A stretch of 64,000 nucleotides of DNA from Waddliaceae bacterium (GTDB lineage: Bacteria > Chlamydiota > Chlamydiia > Chlamydiales > Waddliaceae). Location of the stretch: contig CAVRUH010000005.1 in the NCBI GenBank assembly GCA_963724325.1, positions 256,001-320,000 on the forward strand, written 5' to 3'. Below, piece after piece: positions 19,363 through 27,886 of the stretch. The notes beneath the pieces are model-generated. The model had not been told where the DNA came from. It ran no database searches and saw only the letters and a list, made by a program, of their open reading frames with translations. How positions within the stretch are numbered: the stretch's first letter is position 1; each line of letters opens with the position of its first letter. The translations under genes and the position numbers were made by a program.

Positions 19363-20484
19363 TGATTTTTTATTTAGGATGTATTCGTAGAACTGAACGT
19401 AGTGATTGATGATGTGAGAGACTGAGAACTTTTCACGTGCTCTTTTAATACTTTGCTGGCTCATTTTTTCGTATGCAATATTGTCTGAAAGTAGTTCAAT
19501 GGCATGATTTGCCATGCCATCAATGTCGCCTACAGGGCATAAATAACCCGTAATACCGTTTTCCACTACTTCTGGAAGCCCGCCAACATTTGCCCCAATC
19601 ACCGGCACCCCATAGGTCATAGCTTCTAATGCCACCAGTCCAAAACTTTCTTGTTCACTTGGGAGCAAAAGAAGATCGGCGCTTGCAATATACGAGTCAA
19701 TTTCTTGGTTAATTCCCAGAAAACATACATCTTCATCAAGATGATGATCCTGCACCATTTGATATATGTTATCAACTTCAGGGCCTGTTCCAAGTAATAA
19801 TAGTTTGCACTCAATTTTCTTTTTCATTTTTGTGAAGATCTTAATCACATCTCCAACGCGTTTCAGGGCACGGAAGTTTGAGGAGTGCAAAATCAGCTTT
19901 TCCCCTTCTTTAATGTAGCTCTCACGCATGTTTTGCGTCCCGATGAGGTCTCCATGAGGAATAAAAAAATTGTGAATGACTTCAATAGGCTTCTGAATAT
20001 CAAAATACTTCATAGTCGTTTCTTTTAAGTTTTCAGAAACCGCTGTTACCCCGTCACTTTTTTCAATGCTGAATTTTACAATTTCAAAATAACTGGGGTC
20101 TATGCCAACAAAAGTGATATCTGTCCCATGCAGCGTGGTGATTACCACAGGTCTCGATGTCCCTAACAACTGCTTTGCCAAAAAGGCACTTGTAGCATGC
20201 GGAATCGCATAATGGACATGCAGGACATCTAAATTGTATTTTTTAGAAATAGCGGCGATCTTAACAGAAAGAGTCAAAGCATAGTCGGGGTATTTAAACA
20301 GATCATAACGATTAATTTCTACACGATGAAAAAAAATTTTTTTAGTCTCAAACCTAAGTCTGAACGGGATTTCATAAGAAATAAAATGGATTTCATGACC
20401 TAATAATGCTAGTTGGTGTCCAAGTTCAGTTGCAAGGATACCGCTTCCTCCTAAGGATGGATAGCACACAATACCAATCTTCAT
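19360..20484 (-). CDS. bshA: N-acetyl-alpha-D-glucosaminyl L-malate synthase BshA (GT4)
   Basis: MKIGIVCYPSLGGSGILATELG, LHVHYAIPHA, TTLHGTDIT, SNFRALKRV, ESFGLVALEAM. Confidence 0.93.
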   Translation of the reverse strand: MKIGIVCYPSLGGSGILATELGHQLALLGHEIHFISYEIPFRLRFETKKIFFHRVEINRYDLFKYPDYALTLSVKIAAISKKYNLDVLHVHYAIPHATSAFLAKQLLGTSRPVVITTLHGTDITFVGIDPSYFEIVKFSIEKSDGVTAVSENLKETTMKYFDIQKPIEVIHNFFIPHGDLIGTQNMRESYIKEGEKLILHSSNFRALKRVGDVIKIFTKMKKKIECKLLLLGTGPEVDNIYQMVQDHHLDEDVCFLGINQEIDSYIASADLLLLPSEQESFGLVALEAMTYGVPVIGANVGGLPEVVENGITGYLCPVGDIDGMANHAIELLSDNIAYEKMSQQSIKRAREKFSVSHIINHYVQFYEYILNKKS

Positions 20485-20491
20485 TAATTTT

Positions 20492-21175
20492 CTAAACCTC
20501 GCGAGTACCCTTGGATATGGTCATGATGTCATCAATAAACAGAGGATTCCCTTTCATCAACCCCTGCGCATAGGGAACGCCCATCATCATTCCCAACCGT
20601 CCTGCCACAGTGTGTGTAATTTCCATGAAATCCATCGTTTTCATTTGACTCTCATGACATTGGATCATCTTTCGCCAAGCCTCCATATGATCGGAAATGT
20701 CAATCAAAAAATCAGGAACGGAAATCATAGGTGTCATGCAGTGTAATATACCATCTGGTCGATGAATAGGGAGATCAGGTAATATTTTCGCAAAACGCGA
20801 ATAGCGACATGCATTCCTTGATAGAAGGCCTGCAGCTATATGGTCTGGATGATTCTGCTCGCCTTTCCAATACGGTCCAAGAACAAGCCGGGGCTTGAAT
20901 TTCCGATACACTTCCACTAATTTTAACCGGCCTTCATAGTTGTCAAATACTCCACAATCAGGAAAATCGAGTATCACAACCTCTGCTCCAATAACGTCTG
21001 CAGCATTTTTTGCTTCTTTGCGCCTTATTTCTGGAGTTCCATTAGTCCCTCTTTCTCCGGAAGTAAGATGTACCATTACAATACTTTTTCCCTGCGAAGC
21101 CATCTTGGCTAAGATCCCTCCGCAAGTAAACTCAATGTCATCTGGATGTGCCCCTATTGCTAAAATGTCTACCAT
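20492..21175 (-). CDS. bshB1: Bacillithiol biosynthesis deacetylase BshB1 (PIG-L family)
   Basis: DILAIGAHPDDIE, GERGTNG, HPDH; directly upstream of bshA. Confidence 0.85.
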   Translation of the reverse strand: MVDILAIGAHPDDIEFTCGGILAKMASQGKSIVMVHLTSGERGTNGTPEIRRKEAKNAADVIGAEVVILDFPDCGVFDNYEGRLKLVEVYRKFKPRLVLGPYWKGEQNHPDHIAAGLLSRNACRYSRFAKILPDLPIHRPDGILHCMTPMISVPDFLIDISDHMEAWRKMIQCHESQMKTMDFMEITHTVAGRLGMMMGVPYAQGLMKGNPLFIDDIMTISKGTREV

Positions 21176-21301
21176 ATAACCTCATTGATGTGTGTATCAT
21201 TATTTTTTATACATAAAGTTGTATTTATTTGGTAACTTAAATCTTAAGTCATTAATAGTCTGCATGTTACTAATAACTATATAAAAAAATTAATTGTGCT
21301 A

Positions 21302-21330
21302 TTGATTTTTATCATTAAAATAATTAGTAT
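21302..21330 (+). promoter_or_regulatory. Putative sigma70/sigma66 promoter for the Cys-rich peptide gene
   Basis: TTGATT-N17-TAGTAT, followed by hairpin GAGATAAG/CTTATCTC (21340-21361) and RBS GGAGG. Confidence 0.4.
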
Positions 21331-21395
21331 TAGGAAAGGGAGATAAGTGTGTTCTTATCTCTATCAATTAAACTATAAAGTCTTTGGAGGAAATT

Positions 21396-21608
21396 ATGGC
21401 AAATTCATTAAGAGAAGCAGTTAGAAAATGTTGTAGCACTGATCCACAAAAAGTTGTGAAATGTCTTGAGGCATGTAACATTCCACTAACTCCTGAAGAT
21501 AAAGCATGTTTTGCTCAGTGCCGTCTTGAAAAATTTTCTGATTCAAAACTCGAAGCATGCTTTAGTCCAAAAGTATGCGGTATGTTAGGAATTAAAAATC
21601 CTAAGTAA
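21396..21608 (+). CDS. 70-aa cysteine-rich peptide (8 Cys); candidate RiPP precursor, protease substrate or metal-binding peptide
   Basis: MANSLREAVRKCCSTDPQKVVKCLEACNIPLTPEDKACFAQCRLEKFSDSKLEACFSPKVCGMLGIKNPK; strong RBS GGAGG before ATG 21396. Confidence 0.7.
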   Translation: MANSLREAVRKCCSTDPQKVVKCLEACNIPLTPEDKACFAQCRLEKFSDSKLEACFSPKVCGMLGIKNPK

Positions 21609-21621
21609 TCTAGAATCTATT

Positions 21622-23616
21622 TTATGAAAGGCTGTTCTTCGCAGCCTTTCTCAGAGCATTTACCCTTAGTAAGAACTTAACGATGACCACAGATGGCAAA
21701 AGCCAGCTGAGGTGAACGGTTGCAATCCCTAAGATCGTTTCAGGCAATACCATTCTTAAATAGTACTGGAATTCATAAGCTATAAATACTCCTGCTACCA
21801 GAAAGATAAAACATATGAGCCAATAGATAAGTTCATTCGAAAATTTTGGCCGAGATAACCATTTGTAGGCATCAACATCAAGATATTGTTGATTCAACGC
21901 TTCTTTACAAATTCCATAACCATCGCCATCAAACAAGGGATTCAAATTCTTAAATACACCGTAATATAATAAAAATGCCAATAGCCAAAAAAAGATCGCA
22001 AGTTGCGGTAACGGTATGATCCATGCCAGAATGCCTGCTATTCCTCCCATAAACAAATCCGCAAATGGACCAGCTATGCTGACACAAATGCGAGATGTAC
22101 GGTCCTCTAACCACATATCGGAAGTATCGACATATGCAATTAAACCAACCCAGGACAATATAACCCCGCCGTGATGTACTTCTCGACCATGAGATTTAGT
22201 TGCATATCCATGAGCAGCCTCGTGTATAACTACTGAAAATAGATAAACTAATAGTAGAGAAAAAAGAAGAGGAGCAACTGTAAAATTGGATTGAAGAATA
22301 GTCATCCCCTGAGCAAAAAATAATGACCACATGACGATCCCCAAAAGAGAAATACCCAATGTGATGATAAAACCTATAGGAGTAAACAAATATTGTACTA
22401 CTTTGCTGTAACTGTTGTTAAATTTGTGATCGATGTTATTAAATGTAATTTGAATATGACTCCATTTCCATATCAGGTCTTGAATACGCACTCTCAATGG
22501 TAACTCTTCTTTTGTCTCAATGGTACTAACATGGTGAATTTCCGGCATAAGAACAAAACCGGCATCTGCCAAATTAAATAAGGTGTCTGCAATAGCATCA
22601 GGAGCAAATATTTTGTGTAACTTATACATGTCTACAGTAAGCTCTTCTATCGTTCTCGTACCATCCAAAAGCTCCCATATATACCATCCTTCCTGAGACA
22701 GTTTAAAATACTTCCGATTAACAGGATCCTTAAGAATAGTCATCTTTTGGTCATCGTCTAATTGTCTTTCATAATGAAGGGTCCTCGCAAGGCGTATGGG
22801 ACGACTTCTTTGCACAACAAGGGTCATCATGGAAGCATGAATGTCGTGGTGTTCAATTAAGGCATCCAATTGTTTGCGTTTAAGAACAAGCAAAACACAT
22901 TTCATAAGTGTCCTAGCATTGGCATTTCGAGGGGAATCTGTTAAAATTGCCATTTCGCCGCAAATCATCGGCGGTTCTAATAGCGCTAGCCTTTTTCCAG
23001 TGCTATTTGTAATTTCTACCTGCCCATAACGGACAAGATAGCACTCTTCACCTTGATCACCTTCATTAAATAATGTGGTCCCACCTTCTACAATTCGTTC
23101 TTGAATCTGATCAGCAAGCCAAAGTATTTTTTCTTCAGGTAATGCTTCGAAAGGTTCCACTCTTTTAATAAAATTCATTCGCAATAATTTTTCGCCCAAT
23201 TGCTGCGTACTAGAATTAAATTCAGGATGTTTTTGAAGAAAATAATAAAAAGTTTCTAAATCCCATCCGATTAAAACGGTCTCTGTCAATGTTGTCAGCG
23301 TAGCTGTCCTCAGACCCGTACGGCTGAAAAATCCAAGTCGACTGAGTCCTATTGCATCTCCTTCTTTCAAGAGGATCACAGGAATTAGTTTAATTTGATC
23401 TCCTTCTTGTATCTCATGAGCGACTTCAACTTTGCCTTGAGCTATCAGATAGATCGCATCGACAATTTTTCCCTGTGATATGATCACTTGATTTTGAGGA
23501 AAGAGCTTTTCAAAAGAAAGCTTCACTAGTTCATCAATTTCTTCGGTCTTTAACTGACTGAAAAATGGATGGCTTGATACTAAAGATTTCTTATTTTCGG
23601 AACTCACTGAAGTCAT
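21622..23616 (-). CDS. 2x cNMP-binding + PqqD/RRE-like + M50 (site-2) membrane zinc peptidase fusion
   Basis: ICGEMAILTDSPRNANA cNMP cassette; YFKLSQEGWYIWELLDGTRTIEEL...LFNLADAGFV PqqD-like; VIHEAAH (HExxH), SIAGP, NLNPLFDGDGY M50 motifs with TM helices. Confidence 0.85.
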   Translation of the reverse strand: MTSVSSENKKSLVSSHPFFSQLKTEEIDELVKLSFEKLFPQNQVIISQGKIVDAIYLIAQGKVEVAHEIQEGDQIKLIPVILLKEGDAIGLSRLGFFSRTGLRTATLTTLTETVLIGWDLETFYYFLQKHPEFNSSTQQLGEKLLRMNFIKRVEPFEALPEEKILWLADQIQERIVEGGTTLFNEGDQGEECYLVRYGQVEITNSTGKRLALLEPPMICGEMAILTDSPRNANARTLMKCVLLVLKRKQLDALIEHHDIHASMMTLVVQRSRPIRLARTLHYERQLDDDQKMTILKDPVNRKYFKLSQEGWYIWELLDGTRTIEELTVDMYKLHKIFAPDAIADTLFNLADAGFVLMPEIHHVSTIETKEELPLRVRIQDLIWKWSHIQITFNNIDHKFNNSYSKVVQYLFTPIGFIITLGISLLGIVMWSLFFAQGMTILQSNFTVAPLLFSLLLVYLFSVVIHEAAHGYATKSHGREVHHGGVILSWVGLIAYVDTSDMWLEDRTSRICVSIAGPFADLFMGGIAGILAWIIPLPQLAIFFWLLAFLLYYGVFKNLNPLFDGDGYGICKEALNQQYLDVDAYKWLSRPKFSNELIYWLICFIFLVAGVFIAYEFQYYLRMVLPETILGIATVHLSWLLPSVVIVKFLLRVNALRKAAKNSLS

Positions 23617-23742
23617 TTGCTTAAATATCCTTTCCTGCTTTCACTCAACATAGCTTATTGTAAAAATAATACTCAATCGATTTCGATTGACATAAAAGGA
23701 ATTTTTTAAGAATTTGAGTTCAAAAATGAGGTAAAGTGAAAA

Positions 23743-25068
23743 TTGAACATTGAAACATTCGTTAGGGAATTGGGGCCGCTTAATATTCGTGATAATGCCG
23801 TATCCATTGGATACCTCAGGAAATGTCAGACTAAAAAATTCCTTAAAGGTCAATTAATTTATAAAATTGGTGAGATAGCCGATGCAGTCTATGTCATTAT
23901 TAGCGGAAAAGTTAAAATTTTCTATATAAATGAAAGCGGCGAAGAACTACTAGTGGCAGAAAAAAAAACAAAAGAATATTTCGGTGCCGATGCCCTCATT
24001 ACTTTTATGCCTTGTACTCGATTTTCAACAGCTCGTGCTACAGAAGATTCCGAATGCTTGGTGTTACTCAAACATGAACTCTATAAGGAATTTGAAACTC
24101 CTGCTGAAATATCAAAACTCACCGAAACAATGGGTTCCGATAACCTTTACAAAGAACTGGAGCAAAGTTTTAAAGATCTTCAACAAAATAAAATAGATCT
24201 TTCAAATATTCATGAAAAAAAAGCAAAATACTTAGACCGTCAAGTGATCTTCTTTCAGAATGAAAAACCGTTATATGCCTACATCATTGTCAGTGGTCAG
24301 GTTGATATTCGATCAGATACTCTAAATGAAAAAGAGGGTTTTAATAGTACTCTCGAAAAAGGTGAAATTTTTGGAGAATTGGGTTTGCTAAAAGATAGAC
24401 CCAGAGCTGCGATGGCAGTTTCTCGCGGCAATAGCGAACTGATGTTACTGGATAAAGAAACACTATTGCGGTTATATGGATCCAACGCCAACTTCAAAAA
24501 TATCATTACGACCTTAGGAAATACCTACAATTTACCTTTAAACGGCAGAACAATACGTTACGAAGGGGTTTTTCTAGGCATGAAAGCCATTTGTGTGAAA
24601 ATGGAACCATCTAAAGAAAAAACAGTGGTGAGTTATCAAGTTGTAGGTAAGGATATCTTCTGTATTTCCCAATTGGGTATTGAAGGCTACCAAACATATA
24701 TCTACAAAAAAAATCTTGAAGAAAGAAAAGAAATTTGGATTAAAAATGATTTATTAGTCGGCGTCGTCAATTACGGATCCAAAGATGATAACAGCGCATT
24801 GGTTGTAATGGTATTACAGGAAACAAAAGTAAGTAATAATGCTATTATGATTTTTCAAAAAACTGGAATATTTACTGAGCAGGCTGCGCAACCACTCAAG
24901 GTGTTAAATAACTTGCTCTGCAGATGCATGCAAGTTGAATATCAAACGGTGGCTCAAGCGATTCAATCCGGAGAAAATTCATTGGAACAAATCACAAAAA
25001 TTACAGGTGCTGGATCAGTTTGCGGCAGCTGTAGGCCAAAAATTAAAGAAATGCTAGGAAAGGACTAA
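23743..25068 (+). CDS. 2x cNMP-binding + BFD-like [2Fe-2S] protein (paralog of 15899..17938 without the reductase domains)
   Basis: IFGELGLLKDRPRAA; LCRCMQV...TGAGSVCGSCRP followed by stop; TTG start. Confidence 0.85.
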   Translation: MNIETFVRELGPLNIRDNAVSIGYLRKCQTKKFLKGQLIYKIGEIADAVYVIISGKVKIFYINESGEELLVAEKKTKEYFGADALITFMPCTRFSTARATEDSECLVLLKHELYKEFETPAEISKLTETMGSDNLYKELEQSFKDLQQNKIDLSNIHEKKAKYLDRQVIFFQNEKPLYAYIIVSGQVDIRSDTLNEKEGFNSTLEKGEIFGELGLLKDRPRAAMAVSRGNSELMLLDKETLLRLYGSNANFKNIITTLGNTYNLPLNGRTIRYEGVFLGMKAICVKMEPSKEKTVVSYQVVGKDIFCISQLGIEGYQTYIYKKNLEERKEIWIKNDLLVGVVNYGSKDDNSALVVMVLQETKVSNNAIMIFQKTGIFTEQAAQPLKVLNNLLCRCMQVEYQTVAQAIQSGENSLEQITKITGAGSVCGSCRPKIKEMLGKD

Positions 25069-25081
25069 AAAGGAATAGCTT

Positions 25082-26437
25082 ATGCCCGAAATACCAGTAA
25101 TAAAAATGCCCGAATCAGAATTTTTTTCCTGGAATCGAAACGATCCCGTAGGGCTTCGAAGGTATATTTTTAACACCTATGGTGATATCGCTAAAATCGA
25201 TATGAAATCAATGCCTAATTATTTTTTTATGAGTCCAGACCATGCACAAGTTATCTTTGGTGAAAAACAGGATAATTTTTTTGATAAACATCCATTTCTG
25301 GTACATGGTTTTGCCCCAATCATTGGTACAGACACATTTTTTACTCTGAATGATCGAGAAAAATGGAAAAAAGATCGTCATATTGCATTGAAAGCAATAG
25401 ATGCCATGGTCCACTTCGAACGCTATGCAAAAAGAATGTACGAAATGGGAAAAATGCGTGTCGATGGATGGACACAAAAATATAAAGATAACCAAAAAGT
25501 CAATATGGCGCGTGAATTTGGTTCAATGACCCTAGACTTCATTCATAATTCCTTCTTTTGCTATATCGATGAAGTCCCTGAAAAAATGTACGACACCCTG
25601 TATGACTGCGTAGGTATCATCATTGATAAGCAAACCTCTCTTAAACCCTCCGAATGGGAAACGCCAAAAAAAATAAAAATTTATGAAGATGCTGTCGGTA
25701 CATTAAGACAAATATATCAGATCTGGGTAAAAAATCGTCTCGACTCAGGCCAGGAGTTTGATGATTTTATGGGTCTAATGATTCATGAATACTCAAACGA
25801 GTTTGGCAAAGAAAAATTAATCGAAAATATGGCTCTTCAAGTCTCTATGGCCTCTACTGCAGGATTCTTCACCAGTTCTCCTGCCTTTTTGTGGCTCTTT
25901 ATAGAGCTGGCACAGCATCCCGATGTGGAAAAGAAAATTTGCGAAGAAATCAATCGTGTCATCGGCGATGGTCAACCAACATATGAACAAATAAGACAAC
26001 TGTCTTACTGCAATGCCGCGATCAAAGAATCCATGCGATTGAATCCTACAAGCTACAATACATTGAGAGTGTGTACGGAGGATACCTATGTCAAAGATTA
26101 TTTAATTCCGAAAGGATCAGGAATCATCGTTTCTATATCCCAAATTCACCGCCACCCAAATTTTTGGAAAGATCCAGATACTTTTAATCCCGATCGATTT
26201 TTAGACAAACCAATGGGGCAGGATCATCCCTATGCCTTTATCCCTTTCGGGGCTGGTAAAAGAGCTTGCATCGCCCGGCAGCTTGTATTTTTAGAACTAC
26301 TTATCGCTCTGGTGCTCATTACACGTCGATTTTCTTTTGAACTTGTTCCTTTTCGGCCTATTAAACCAATAATGACAGCGCCCATCACCATGAGGCCAAA
26401 TGAGACCGATCTGATCATAAAATTTAAAAAAACTTAA
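25082..26437 (+). CDS. Cytochrome P450 (paralog B)
   Basis: AGFFTSS, KESMRL, FNPDRF, PFGAGKRACIA; same length as and collinear with paralog A. Confidence 0.95.
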   Translation: MPEIPVIKMPESEFFSWNRNDPVGLRRYIFNTYGDIAKIDMKSMPNYFFMSPDHAQVIFGEKQDNFFDKHPFLVHGFAPIIGTDTFFTLNDREKWKKDRHIALKAIDAMVHFERYAKRMYEMGKMRVDGWTQKYKDNQKVNMAREFGSMTLDFIHNSFFCYIDEVPEKMYDTLYDCVGIIIDKQTSLKPSEWETPKKIKIYEDAVGTLRQIYQIWVKNRLDSGQEFDDFMGLMIHEYSNEFGKEKLIENMALQVSMASTAGFFTSSPAFLWLFIELAQHPDVEKKICEEINRVIGDGQPTYEQIRQLSYCNAAIKESMRLNPTSYNTLRVCTEDTYVKDYLIPKGSGIIVSISQIHRHPNFWKDPDTFNPDRFLDKPMGQDHPYAFIPFGAGKRACIARQLVFLELLIALVLITRRFSFELVPFRPIKPIMTAPITMRPNETDLIIKFKKT

Positions 26438-26556
26438 AAAAATACTTGTGTAAATTTCTGGAAAAAATTAGTATCCAATTATAAATCGAAAACAATGAAT
26501 TTTAGCTGCGAAGTGCAGTGACGATTTATGTAAAGGTAACTCAAAAAGGGAGCCAT

Positions 26557-27792
26557 ATGAATATTTCAAAAATCACCACAACTCTGTTGATTGCACTATT
26601 TTGCACAACCGCAGTTGTTGAAGCTCAGCAAAGTATCTACCGCTGGGGCTATGGAGTAAAAGCCATAGGTATGGGGGGCGTTTCAATGGCACTCCCTCAA
26701 GATAGCCAAATAGCCGCAACCAATCCAGCAGGTATGGTATTTGTTGGAAACCGTTGGGACTTAGATATTTTGGGCGGGTATAATGATGTCGTAGGAAAAA
26801 TCGAAGGCAACGCTTATCCAACAAATAATGCCAAATGCCATGATCACACCTTTTGGGGCCCCTATATAGATGGTGGTTTCAACATGATGCTGAGTGACAA
26901 CCTTTCCGTAGGTTTCTCAATGTATGGAACAGGTGGAAAAGTCAGTAATACACACAATCAAAGTACCATATATGGCACAAGCAGACGCTATGTTGAGTAT
27001 GGAGCCTTCTTCTTCACTCCAACATTAGCATGGAGATTTTGTGGATGTCATGCCATCGGTTTTGGACCAACTGCAAGCTTTGCACTATTGAAGCTGAAAG
27101 GATTTCAATCATTCGAAGGAAGTTCCATCCACCCTCACCATGTGACTGGAAAAAACTACAACTACAAACCCGGCCTAGGCTACACAGTAGGCTACATGGG
27201 TAAGTTTTTTGATTGTTTTTCAGTGGGTGTATCATATCACTCAAAGCAATGGCAGAAGAAATTTAATAAATATAAAGGATATCTTCCAGGACAAGGAAAT
27301 AACGATATTCCAGCCTACGCTGCAGCAGGGATCGCATTTCACCCTTCTTGCAGAAGTGTAGTCGGATTCGACGTTTTCCGTCACTTCAACACACAATCGA
27401 GACTTTTTGGTAATAGACTCACGATTGACCATGAAGCCGGTTCTAATAAAGGTACAGGTTTTGGATGGAAAGATACATGGGACTTTAAAGTAGGCGGAGC
27501 TTTTGATATAAACGATTGCTTCACAGTACGTACAGGCTTTAATTATTGCCTGCAACAGGTTCCACGCAGTCAAACTCTATCTAACCTCCCTGCTGGGTTG
27601 GTAGTGAATCACCATTTTACGGTGGGTGCTACATGGCATTTTAATGCCTGCATTGATTTGGAATTTGCCTTCGTTGATGGTTGGAGTACTGTTAAAGGAC
27701 GTCACTCCATTCCAGAAGCATATGGTGGAGGAGAAGCCAGCGTTCGAAATACAGAACCAGTTTTGTACTTAGGAATTGGCGTAAAGCTATAA
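26557..27792 (+). CDS. FadL/TodX/OmpP1 family outer-membrane transporter for hydrophobic compounds
   Basis: Signal peptide, GYGVKAIGMGGVSMALPQD...ATNPAGM (NPA hatch motif), GFGWKD, beta-barrel C-terminus. Confidence 0.85.
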   Translation: MNISKITTTLLIALFCTTAVVEAQQSIYRWGYGVKAIGMGGVSMALPQDSQIAATNPAGMVFVGNRWDLDILGGYNDVVGKIEGNAYPTNNAKCHDHTFWGPYIDGGFNMMLSDNLSVGFSMYGTGGKVSNTHNQSTIYGTSRRYVEYGAFFFTPTLAWRFCGCHAIGFGPTASFALLKLKGFQSFEGSSIHPHHVTGKNYNYKPGLGYTVGYMGKFFDCFSVGVSYHSKQWQKKFNKYKGYLPGQGNNDIPAYAAAGIAFHPSCRSVVGFDVFRHFNTQSRLFGNRLTIDHEAGSNKGTGFGWKDTWDFKVGGAFDINDCFTVRTGFNYCLQQVPRSQTLSNLPAGLVVNHHFTVGATWHFNACIDLEFAFVDGWSTVKGRHSIPEAYGGGEASVRNTEPVLYLGIGVKL

Positions 27793-27809
27793 TCCTAGTT
27801 CAACCCTAT

Positions 27810-27848
27810 AACCTAATATGCCCTCATCGGCATATTAGGTTTTTTTTT
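27810..27848 (+). terminator. Rho-independent terminator
   Basis: AACCTAATATGCC-loop-GGCATATTAGGTT followed by a T-run. Confidence 0.8.
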
Positions 27849-27886
27849 GACAGAATATAATAAAAATTATTTTAAAGGAGAATGCG

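Noticed and set aside
21396..21608. Chlamydial small cysteine-rich lipoprotein OmcA
   Set aside because: No signal peptide or lipobox and no adjacent omcB.
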